64,000 nucleotides of DNA from the NCBI GenBank assembly GCA_035221665.1, contig CM069135.1:54994001-55058000 (forward strand), in the 5' to 3' direction. Both the position numbers and the translations under genes were made by a program. This stretch comes from Okamejei kenojei (lineage: Eukaryota). Every line of letters begins with the position of its first letter. The first letter of the stretch is position 1. The notes beneath the pieces were generated by a model, which saw nothing but the letters and a program-made list of their open reading frames with translations, did not search any database and had not been told where the DNA came from. This document shows positions 12,448-23,880 of this stretch, piece after piece.

Positions 12448-13564
12448 TGGATACCATTAAGACTCTCACAAACCTCCTTCATTCATCAAACAAGGCTATG
12501 GTCTGATCTTCAATTGCTTGGATGTCTACTTTCTTTAAGCAGCTGGGGCATACGCTACCTTGACTCTAATAGTTTAAATGTTTCATCGTTGTACTTGGCA
12601 AGTACTCCTCCACATTAGTTCACATGACTCTCCACTGCACGGGCATTAGAGTGAATGTTTCAACACACCCACTCACACCAGTTAAAACATGTTAAATTGT
12701 TTTCTTTGTTCCCCTCAAAACCCCAGCTCGTTGGTGATCAGAGTAATTTCTAGCCTACAACTTTTTGTTTCATCCACAAAAGTAACTTCCACCTTTGTGA
12801 ATTTATAAATCACGTGGCATAGGACCTACCAAAGTGTCCAATGGCATATAGAATTAGAAATATTCATAGAAATGAATAATGCAGCAGCACAGGCAATAAT
12901 CCCCTGGGCTAAATTGTGTAGGCGTGTGACAATGCTTTCTGCTGACTTAAAGGAAGGGCCCACCAACAGGTCGATACCTGTTAATAAGGAGTTCCACGTG
13001 GAAAGTGGATCGTGGAGACTTGCCTGCTTGGTAATTTCGCTGATTAAGAGAGATTTTTAAAATTAAGTTAAGAAAGAAAGCAAAGGAATAAAGGTTTCTG
13101 GTGTGCACGATCAAATATAAAATCCTAGCTGACCTCTTCCAACTAAAGAGATTCATTTCTAATAGATTTGAAAAAATAATAGAAACTTTGGAAAACAAAT
13201 GACTTGCACTGATTTAAAAAAAGAAAATCTTAAATTTTGGACCTGGCCTCTGCTAGCAAGGCCTAATTTATTTCCTAATCCTTATTACCCCATGAATATA
13301 ACAGTGACTGCCGTCTTGAGCTGTTGTAGTCCTTTTCATGAAGGAGCACCCACAACACGTTTGGTGAAGGAGATGCAGGATTTAGATTCAAGGATGACAA
13401 AGCACCAATGATATATTTTCAAGTTAGGATAGTGTGCAACTTGGAGTGGAATCTGCTGGTGGATTGTGCTTAGAATACTCTGAGGAACTCCTCCAGTGTT
13501 TTCCTGGGGCTTGGATTATTGATTATTGACCTATGGCAAGCACAACAATCTCCCTTTGTGGGAC

Positions 13565-13765
13565 CAAAGATAGACACACAATGCTGGAGTACCTCAGCGG
13601 GACAGGCAGCATCTCTGGAGAGAAGGAATGGTTGATGTTTCCGGTCGAGACCCTTCTTCAGACTTTTGTCTTTGGAATTCTTCAGCATTTTGTGTACCTG
13701 TCCCGGTGAGTTACTCCAGCATGTTGTGTCTATCTTTGGTTTAAACCAGTTCCATCCTACACGTT
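13565..13765. mobile_element. Penelope-pLTR/hammerhead short element (rearranged inverted pair)
   Basis: agatagacacacaatgctggagt...gtcgagacccttcttcagac, followed by a reverse-oriented partial copy. Confidence 0.7.
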
Positions 13766-15796
13766 CCCTTTGTGAGACGTCTGACTCTAACCACTGATGT
13801 GTTTTTTTTATGTCCGTTGATTTCAGTTTGATCACATCACCTTAATGCCAATCACAGTCAAATGCTGCCCTGATGTTGAAGAAAGTCACTATTATCGTGC
13901 CACATGTTTGACCAAAGTTGTGAAGTAGTCTCCAGCAAAGTGGACCAGCCAAAATGTCACATGTTGACATCACTGATGACACAGATCTTCCATCATTTGT
14001 CAATGTTTAAGAGCAGACTGGACTGTCATTAGCTGGATTGGATTTGTCGTGAATTTTGCAATCAGTTCTCAGAGAAATTGCTGGAGAAATGCCGGCAATT
14101 GTACCGGAACAATTGGAGATGCAGCAAGTTATGGAGCACTTAAGCACTACGGTTAAAACGTTGCCTGAACCCACAATCTTTATTTTATCTAGCATTCTCA
14201 GCTATTTCTTGCTATCACATGCAGTGAACTGAAATGGCTGAAGACTATCTTCTGTGCTGGAGGGGTCTCGGAGATAGAATTTCAACAATATGCCTCTCCT
14301 CAGGACATATCAGGACAAAGAGTTGAGTGGGAAGAGCCAGTTCAAAGAAGAGAGGAGGAGGGGTGAGACACCTTACCCTCTAACTCACTATGATCATTTC
14401 TGTAGTGATCAGATCGGACTGTTTGTCCTGTTGGGAAATGTTGGAGGCCTCAACAATGTGTCCTGTTTAAGCGATTACATTGGAAAATAAATGCAAGAAC
14501 AATCCATCATCGTGAAAAAAGTACTGTAAATTGTTGCTTCCCCTGTCATTTCTAAGCCTCCACTGCTGGATATGTGTTCCAGAAACTTTTACGTTAAGTT
14601 TGGCCAAATCAATTCATGAATATTTACTTATTTACTTAAAAGGGGTGCACAAAAAGAAACGGGCATATTGGTTTATGCTAACCACCGCAGATTATTGGTA
14701 TGCCATTGGAGCCCATGCACTGTGCTGATTCTTAAAATAAAACAAATTGGATTTCACAAATCACCTGGATATGCTCTGACTGCTTATTAATCCATACCTA
14801 TAAAAATGATACCCATACCTTTCCAGTTTCAAATACGTGCTTGAAAATGTTTTAACAGAAAAGGTAAAGAGACTTATTTGTTTTGTGTTACACCACTGAA
14901 ATATGTCAAATTGGTTTGTATATTCTGCTCCATTGTTCAGTGCTAACCAAATGTTTTAAGTCTAAGTACCTGTACTAGAAACTCATAACTGGTGGTTCCA
15001 AACTCTATCTATCTAGATATTATGAACACATAATAACAAAATTGTTTCCTGTTGCTGAGATTCCTCCAAATATACTTTAAAAAATGTTTCAAGGCACAAT
15101 AATAATGTTAATGTAATTGGAGTCTGTTAGGAAGATCTGATTCTTAATCTAATTCTTCCCTCAGGTCTTTATTTTTCAATTGAAGCAAGTAAGGTGTTCC
15201 ATTACTAATTCCTGCTAAAGGGCAAACCAAATTTTTCATGTTATATATGGAACAGGTTACAAAACCCTATATATTGAATTAATGTAGCCACTAACTGCCA
15301 TGACAGCAGCACCTCAATCCTCTTTGATTGGAAATAGAGGAAGGATTAAGATGGATGGTAGGTAGGTCAGCATGAGTAAATGCAATGTTTAAATTGATTG
15401 CAGAAATAAACCTATAAAAGTCAAAGGGTTGAGAAAGAGGAATTAAAAAGAGACTGAAATGAAAACGCATTCAAAATTAAATTAAAAATTTGACATTTTA
15501 AAATTTGCAAATACAGCTGTCAGCCTGATGTCTCAATTGTTGACTTACTAGGGAAGAGGTGTTGAATGGTCCATTGATTATCATGATTGTTTAAGCTGTT
15601 GATTCCAAGCTCATTTTAACTTAGCTGCACTAAAAATTATTCCTGAAATTATTCCTCCATTGTTTTGCTACTTCCAGTATAATATAAAATAAATGCTGCC
15701 CTATTCAAATATGTTCCAAATGTACATGATTTGGAACCTTTGACTGTTGTCACTCATTTATCCGCTAAGAATATTCCAATCCAAATTAATTAACTG

Positions 15797-15886
15797 AAGA
15801 AGGGTCTCGACCCGAAACGTCGCCTATCTCCTTCGCTCCTTAGATGCTGCTGCACCTGCTGAATTTCTCCAGCCTTTTGTGTAACC
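15797..15886 (+). mobile_element. 90-bp Penelope-derived hammerhead unit with 16-bp TSD
   Basis: (ctg)aagaagggtctcgacccgaaacgtc...gtgtaacc flanked by ccaaattaattaactg at 15781-15796 and 15887-15902. Confidence 0.9.
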
Positions 15887-16181
15887 CCAAATTAATTAAC
15901 TGTTAAGAGTCAGTACAGATGACTACAGTTCAGTTTGGACAGAATTGTGATGCTGAAAAATCTGTGAATGCTGAATATCTTAAACAGAAATTGCTGAAAA
16001 CACTCAGAAGGCCAAGCAGCATTTGCAGAAAAAATGTTTCCTGTGTTGCTGAGTGTTATGCCGATATTGTTTATTTCAAGTGATTGTGAAAAATACAACT
16101 GAAGCCAGCTTGTAAAAGCATTGGCTAATTCTGTGTTGATTGTCTTTTCTTTCTGACATTTTTTTTCTGCTAAATTTCAAG

Positions 16182-16240
16182 GGCTCTCATTTTATACAAG
16201 AGTTCTGGAAAACTGTGAAGATGAAGCACAATTTGATGAG
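16182..16240 (+). CDS. otof: Otoferlin coding exon 2
   Basis: Polypyrimidine tract and AG at 16180-16181, then a 59-nt exon (G)[19 protein letters not shown] and donor GAG|gtaaaa at 16241. Phase joins exon 1 in frame and the peptide matches otoferlin [20 protein letters not shown]. Confidence 0.95.
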
Positions 16241-17959
16241 GTAAAATTATTTTGTCATTTGCTTTCTGATTTAAACAGCAGTGAAGCTTTAATAAATGTT
16301 CTAGCCAGCAAGAGATTCACCTGAATTGTTTGGTTTAATCCACAAGCTGCATATATTTGGTTTTGGATTTATTTAATTATTGTTCATCTCTTTTTTTGAA
16401 GGTGTCATAATTTTTTTCTGTTTTACTTTAAGGGATGATAATATGCATTTTCATGATATAATATATTTCATAGTAATTTATTTTGCTAATTAAAGATAAG
16501 TATGTTTGAAATGTTTTGTTCACATAGACATGAAGATGGTACTGAATATTAATAATAAATTTATAGTTGAAAGATTATGATGTTTATTGTTCTCTCTTGG
16601 ATAGTTATGCTTGAGATTAAACAATCATATGCATGAGATTAAATAATCATAGAGTACACAGAAATGGCAAAAATTATATTCTGGAGGAATTTTCTTTTGT
16701 AAATGCACATTTGTATGTTTCAGCAGCTATCACAAATATTAAGTTTCATATTAACTGCTAGAGTAACTCAGAAGATCAGGCAGCATTCGTGGAGGGCATT
16801 GACAGATGACCTTTCAGGTTGCTTATCCTTTCTCTCTGCAGATGCTGCTCGACGTGCAGAGTTGCCCCAGCACTTTGTGTTTGGCTCAGGATTCCAGCAT
16901 CTACAGTTCCTTGTATATCTAGTTTCATATTAAACTGTGTAAATAGCTAAATTAATTGCCCAATGATAGAACAAAGTATTTGTTTTTAATTACCTAATCA
17001 TAGGTAACTATAACCCAACTTGGAAATTAACGTGGGCACAAAGTGCTAGAGCAATTCAGCGGGCCAGGCAGCATCCCTGGAGAACATGGATAGGTGATGT
17101 TTCATGTTGGAACCCTTCTTTGGACTTCATATAAATGTGCAGATCTAGCCTCAGTGGTTATCGTGAATACACCCGATTGTTTTATGCCACAGATTTATTA
17201 ACGTGCAATTTTATGTGCTGGAATAGAACTTGCTGAGGTATAAATAACAGAGATGTGGACATTTGAAATGGCTAATGTAATTGGAAATTGTCCTCAACTG
17301 GATGAAGCCAAAAGTGTTTGCCTTGCAGTGTCAAGGCTGTGACTTCTGCATGAGGAACCAAACTCAAGAAGGATGTTTTTTTTCAAGCTCTTTAAGGTCC
17401 TTGCGTCAAACCTTCAATTACCCCGTCATAATATTATAGCTACACAGCTATTGATGAACGATAACATTTAAAATCTGTTAAATGGTGATGGTGAATGAAA
17501 GATGAAAGAAATCCCGTTAAAAGCTGCAAACCTTAAACCAAATCCAACAGATTTAATTCAAAATAACAATAGCATCACAATTTTAATATCTTCCATTGGG
17601 AAAAAAAAGTTATTCATTTTGCATTATATGCTTTTATAATAGTCATTATGGAAAATAACAATTGCCATGCTCTTATTCTGTCTGACAACTAAATGTTTGG
17701 TCTGGAAATTCCAGTTAACATTCTGTGTGAAAACCTCAGTAATTCTTTGTTTATTGAAACAGGAAGACATTTTGTCTTTTCAGTTAATGATAGAAAACTG
17801 AGTTTAACATACATTCAGCTGTTGATGACATTTTGATTTGTATTTGTTTAATTGGCAAAGAAACCAAATCAATTTGATATTCCAAAAACTTTGGAAATCT
17901 TTAAATGGTAGAATATCTTTGATAACTTGCTCACCGGCTTTCAAAAATTTAGTCAGGAA

Positions 17960-18275
17960 CTCATAACGCAAATTTATAGGACTTTGGTTATGCCATATTT
18001 GGAGTATTGCAGACTTCTGGTTGCACCAATACAGGAAGGATGTGGAGTCCTTGGAAAGGGTGCAGAGGAAGTTTACCAGAATTATGCCTGGATTAGGGGG
18101 TTTTAGCTACACTGCGAGGATGGACAGACTTGGATTGTTTTCTCTGGAATGCGCGGAGGGCAGATCTGATAGAAGTTTATAAAATTATGAGAGTTACTTA
18201 GAGTTACTTATAGGTAGACAGTCGGAGCCTTTTTCTCAGGTTGGAAGTATCAAATATTAGAACAGCTTTACTGTT
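17960..18275 (+). mobile_element. Degenerate CR1 3' fragment
   Basis: ggagtattgc...ggaaggatgtgg...gtgcagaggaagtttaccagaat, matching the CR1 ORF2 end. Confidence 0.7.
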
Positions 18276-20699
18276 CTATGTTCCATACAACTGATAATCT
18301 GTGTAGGCTGCCCCTTTGTCAATACTACTACTACGTTATGAGCAGTAATTTTCCAGTAACAGTAATTAGTAAAAGTACAGTGCCTACCAGATTTTCAGCT
18401 CGCATGTAAAATATCATCGCACAGTATAATCCCTCGCTCTACGCTGCCACGTTTTGAGAGTACTGTCTCTCTGGTCAGTACTGTCAGTTTTCCCAAATCT
18501 GCCTCTTTCCTTTCAGAAAGGTTTTCCATGAAGATACTCCTTCTCCCAGAACTGGTTACAGTGAGTTAATCAGTCTGGAAGTGCAGGATCTCATCAAAGA
18601 TGGGCACTCAGTCAAAGAGGAAAGAGAGCTTGAGGTCAGTCAGATGGATCCCATGGCATCCAGACCTCCAGTTACTTTCACCCCTTCCCTTCTGATCAAT
18701 ATAAGTATTTAATGAGTACATTAGTATTTAAGGTGGAGATAGGTAAATATTTGAAAAATATTGTGGGTAACTTGCACTGAAGAGGAATTGGGGCCAGCGT
18801 AGATCAACTATGGTCATATTGAATGGCGGGGCAGGCTTAAGGTGCCTTGTGGCCTTCTCCCACTGAAATATTAATGGTCATATGTGATCCCAAGCACTAC
18901 ATAGAAAATTGCAAGTAGGCTTGAATGAGGCTTGTGCAAAAGCAGAATAATATACCTCCTTGTGCTCAAGCTTCCTATGAATTTATCCAAAAATACATAC
19001 AGCTTCAGCAGTAACTTTGTGCCTCTGCTCCCTTATATTTGGAGATGCACACAAACCTGTCTTTCTCCACATTATTTGCCATTTCTTTTGAGGCTATGCG
19101 ATCGTTGACTAGTCCCTCTCCCAACGTGAAAATTATTGTGCTTATCCAGAATGGGCTTCCAGTTCTGAGCCTAATCTCCCAATACATGAATATCCATCCA
19201 AAGTAATCTGCACTGTCTGTTGAACTTGCATCTACGCATTTGCATCATCTGCAAATTTACACATCATAAAACCGCCTAAATCTAGATAATTGAAACTGGA
19301 GCAATGTATTCACATCCACCTACGGTTACTTGATGCCAAGTCAGTTTTCAACCCAGCTTGATTTAGTGTCATTAATACCAGGGGCTCAAAAGTTAGTGAA
19401 TCTGCTATATTATTATTGAAAGACTGAATTGCATTTGTTCTAGTAGAGTGGGTTTACCTCCCACTATCTGTGTAACATCTTCAAAATATGCAGTTAGATT
19501 TTTAAAACGTTGCTCACTTTTTATCAGCCTGATCTGACTGCCTGATTCCGTTTAAGAACTTATCCCAAAGATCTTCAATCTTTTTCCTATTACCATAGTC
19601 AAACTACTGGGCCCATAATTATTGCACCTGACTCTCTATCTGCATTGTTCTATACTCATTCTGACCCCCATTTCAAAGCTGGGAAAAACAGTCCCTGGAG
19701 GCAAACATTTGCCTTGATTTGGTGACTGCTGCCAATCCCTGAGAGATCAATAATGATGAAGGTATTCAGACAACTAATAAATATTAAACTTCTGCTTTGT
19801 AGTTTAGTTAATTAATTAATTTTGGTCCTTCATATTAATACTCATATTACAGAAACTGGTACTTTTATTGTCTGTTTGTGTGCATATCATTCAAGGAAGC
19901 AATTTAACATAGGCTAGGTTGCATTAGTGATAAATTTGTGCTCAGCGGGGATTGGGCCTGGCATTTCAGTGCACAACTGGCTTTGTTTCTCAAACATCAG
20001 TCCTGTACTGCCTGCTACCTTCCTTACTTGCTTAAATTGCAGCTATAATTTTTTTTTGTGAACAGTTACACAAATAGGAGTAGTGTGTTGTCCTGGCATT
20101 GCCAATGAAACTCAAGTCAGAGAGTCTAAACTTAATCTTGCACTTAACCAGCTTCTGTGTTTAGTGTATGTGAAATAGTGTATAGTGTAGTGAGTGTATG
20201 TGAAATCTTATGACTGGTTGTTCCGCCACTGATTTTATCCTTTTAGTACTTTTGCATAATACCTACAAGTGACCGAAGGGAGGGGGGGGGGGGGGGGGGT
20301 GGTAGGGAGCTTTTGCAAATTTCAGCTTGAAATTGTACAATCTGGTGCATACTGTAGCGAGTCTTTTAACTTACACTTAAATGAAACATTTATGCTTTAA
20401 ATCGGATTAGGTATGAATAAGTATAGGCTAAATTAGGCTAAATTACAGTACTAATTACATTCCACAGTAGCCAGGCTTTAACAGGCGCAGCGCATAAATG
20501 ACCTTAGTAAGGAAATCAGATTATAATTCATATATATATATATATATATATATATCTCATAGAAACAAGGCAAGAGGTCGGACTTCCCTCACTGTTCTGC
20601 ACAAATAAATTAATCTTACCCTTTGACTATAGAAATAAGACAAAAATAATGCCTCATATTCAACCAAGTATATGGTTCAATGAAATTAAGATATATATG

Positions 20700-21360
20700 T
20701 AAAACATATAAATGGAAACAGGCCCTTTGGCCCACAAGTCCACACCGACCAGCAATCTACCGTACACCAGTTCTATCCTACACGCTAGGGAAAATTTACA
20801 GAAGCCAATTCATCTACAAACCTGCACTTCTTTTGGGTGTGGGAGAAACCAGAATATCCGGAGAAAACCCATGTGTTCATAGGAAGAATGTACGAATTCT
20901 GTACAGACAGCACCCGTAATCAGGATCAAATCTGGGTCTGTGGTGCTGTAATGCTCCTGTCCCACTTAGGAAACCTGAACGGAAACCTCTAGAGACCGTG
21001 TGCCCCACCCAAGGTTCCCAGGGGTTCCCGTGAGGTTCCCAGGGGTTCCCGCGGGTTCCGGTCACTCCATGAGTCACCAGAGGTTCTGGTCAATTGCGAT
21101 GTGTGTGTGTGCGCGGTCAGCAGCAAAGATCCTATAGGATCTTTGGTCAGTAGATGCAGCTCACGCTGCGGTTGAGGCTTTCCAGGCAATTGACCAGAAC
21201 CTCTGGTGACTCATGGAGAGTGACCGGAACCCCCGGGAACCTCTGGGAACCTCACGGAAACCTTGGGTGGGGCACACGGTCTCCAGAGGTTTCCGTTCAG
21301 GTTTCCTAAGTGGGACAGGGGCTTAAAGCAGCAACTCCACCGCTGCGCCTCCATGCCACC
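20700..21360 (-). mobile_element. tRNA-type SINE split by a Harbinger-like MITE
   Basis: The SINE consensus ...gctgtaa|gcagcaactc... is interrupted exactly at a duplicated TAA. Confidence 0.8.
20952..21323. mobile_element. PIF/Harbinger-like MITE with ~140-bp TIRs
   Basis: Termini tgctcctgtcccacttagg and cctaagtgggacaggggct. Arms at 20952-21097 and 21186-21323. TAA TSD at 20949-20951 and 21324-21326. Confidence 0.9.
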
Positions 21361-21504
21361 CCATTAAATTATTTTTTTCTGTAATATATATATTATGGTG
21401 TCATGTCAATAAAGATGAACGCATGATTCTGATTTCTGCCCTTAGTTGGATAACACACATCTCCAGTCCTTGTGTTTTACATCTATATGGCTGTTTTTTA
21501 ACCT

Positions 21505-21630
21505 CTTCAGTCTGAAGGTCTCGACCCGAAACATCACCCATTCTTTCTCTCTAGAAATGCTGCCTGTCCTGCTGAGTTATTTCTGTGTCTATCTTCAGTT
21601 TAAACCAGCATCTGCAGTTCCTTCCTACAC
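21505..21630 (+). mobile_element. Penelope-pLTR/hammerhead fragment
   Basis: cttcagtctgaaggtctcgacccgaaacatc...ccagcatctgcagttccttcctacac. Confidence 0.75.
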
Positions 21631-21859
21631 TCTTTGTTAAACAAAACGGATCCTAGTCTCATAATATTCACCTCAACTAAGCATTTTCTTCACCTCCGCT
21701 GCTGCAGAGAATACAATCCCAGTTATCAAATCTTTCTTCAAAGTGAAAACAAAATTCCAGCCCTACCAGCATCCTCATAAATTGCCCTGGATCCTCTCCA
21801 GATCAGTTGCACCCCTTCTACGTGTCATAGTCTTACAGCATGGGAACAGGCCCTTCAGA

Positions 21860-22108
21860 ATTTGCCATTTTAAATAGTGTGCGATGGGCTTAAGCCAATC
21901 AAATTTTTCGTTATTTACGGGCAACCCACTGACAAAAAGTTATTCTCATTGTGAGTGTGGAGGAATGTGGAAGCCTTGGGCGAATTGAATTTTTCGTGAC
22001 TTTCTTAATTAAAAAAAAAAAATTTGAGCGTGAGAATACTGTGATCAACGTGAGAATCGGGTGAAATGCGTGATTTTCACGCTCAATGCATGAGAGTTGG
22101 CAGCCCTG
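21860..22108 (-). mobile_element. hAT-like DNA transposon end fragment
   Basis: The minus strand begins CAGGGCTGCCAAC (a CAGGGTTGCCA-type hAT terminus) with cgtgagaat subterminal repeats. The other end was not found. Confidence 0.5.
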
Positions 22109-22140
22109 ATAATGCACCCAAAAAAAAATCTAAATCGTTT

Positions 22141-22553
22141 AGGGCCTATCCCACGGGCTATTTTTAGGCGTAGTCATAGTCGTAGCAGGTCGCTGATAAA
22201 CGGCGACTGGACCTCCCTTAGTCATAAAATTTGAAATAGAATCACTAATTTAACAACAACAAAAAACAAAGTCAGTACTGGCGACAACCTACGTCACATG
22301 GCTACAACCTACGTTAACCTGGCGATAACTACGATAGCATCTACATCAGGAGAAGGCGAGCTACGCTCATTGGCATCAAACCCACTGTCGTCGACTGTCT
22401 CCGAAAACATGTTGAAAATCCAGCAGCGACCAGAAAGACGCTACGCCTCTTTGGGCAACTGAGGAAACTACTCATGACATTACAGGCGACACCCCGGTGA
22501 CCATGTGGCGATAGCCTAGTCGCCTAAAAAATAGCCTAAATGGGACAGGCCCT
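22141..22553. mobile_element. Second PIF/Harbinger-like MITE
   Basis: TIRs agggcctatccca..ggctatttttaggcg and cgcctaaaaaatagcc..tgggacaggccct. Flanked by ttt and tta. Confidence 0.8.
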
Positions 22554-23880
22554 TTAGTCTTTATATCATATTTTTTATTTTCAGATGCTGAATCTGCTCA
22601 AGGCATTTCATAGTGCAGGCTAGGCATTTTTACATTGCAGTTCCCCACACATGTATTTCAATCCTTTCAGTGTTCTATTATAGATATAAACATCAGTGAT
22701 CTTCAGTGTGAAATGTTACTGGACAAGGGTAATTTAACTCTGCTATGTGGAGCATACTGATATCTGGAGAAGTTGTATTATGTTACTAATCCAATTTTTG
22801 TGGCACGATTAATAATTTTTAATAAATCTTCAGAGTGTATTCTGTTGTCTCAGACCAAATCTTAATAACGAATGGGTAATTGATGAGCTGTATGAATCTG
22901 TTCTCTCCTAAAATCTGACAAGATAATGTGGTTGAAATATGTAGTTGAGGAATTTCACAAGGAAGTGGGAGAGCAGAGCATCACGTTTTGCACATTATAT
23001 AATTCAATGTCACTGAAAAAATAATCCAAAAGGGAAATTGTGAATTTGGTCTGAATTCCATGATCCTTGTTTTTCTTCAGGATCTCTATCCAGCCTCTGC
23101 TATGTGGTGGAGTCCAGGCACTGATAGGCTCCACGTGCTGTTTCTGTCATTTTGTATTATACCTGTGTGGGATGTGGCCCTTCAATTAAATTTGTGCCTT
23201 TTGTGATACCTGCCCCTTGGACACACCTCCGGTCACCGCCCCAGCCCAGACCTCTTGATCCTTGCCAAACCTCGCCGCACCTCTGACACCATCTGCACCT
23301 TAACACTCCACCCACAGTGATGGTATCCGTTATTGCCTATTGTTCGCTATATCCGAGTAACTTGTTATCATTGTATGTAGTTAGAACTGCAATGATGGAC
23401 AATACATCAAATGACAAAAAGTTCTGGAGTACCTCAGTGGGTCAGGCAGCATCGTTGGAGAACACGGATAGGTGACATCGGGACCGTTCTTCAGACTGAT
23501 TCATTTTGCTGAGTTACTCCTGCACTTTGTGCCATTTCACCTTAAAACTAGGTACCAATGCCGCTGGTCTGCACCAGCGAGCCCTTCACTTCACCAGTTG
23601 ACGCACCTGTTATTGTGGCTCACATTGTAGCCCCCGACAGGGAGAGCTTTCTTCAGGTCACCACTAACGATAGGATGTGCTTGGTCTCTGTAGGGCTCTC
23701 TCCCCTCTCTCCCATCGCTTTGTCTGCTCCACAGCTGTATTCCCCTCCTCCTCCCCCACAATCGTCGACATCTTCCAAAGTGGAACATGTCGGGAACTCC
23801 CGGGGAGAAGGAGGTGGAGGGGGGAGAGGTTGAGTGGGCAGAGCAATGGGAAATGCAGAAGGAGATGGCGGAAGTGGGGG

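Noticed and set aside
20281-20555. Poly-G run and (TA)n tract as functional G-quadruplex or regulatory sites
   Set aside because: These are simple repeats in probable repeat-derived sequence with no independent support.
20952-21323. Repeats with spacers as a CRISPR-like array
   Set aside because: The repeats are subterminal motifs in the inverted arms of a MITE with a TAA TSD. The DNA is vertebrate and has no cas genes or regular spacers.
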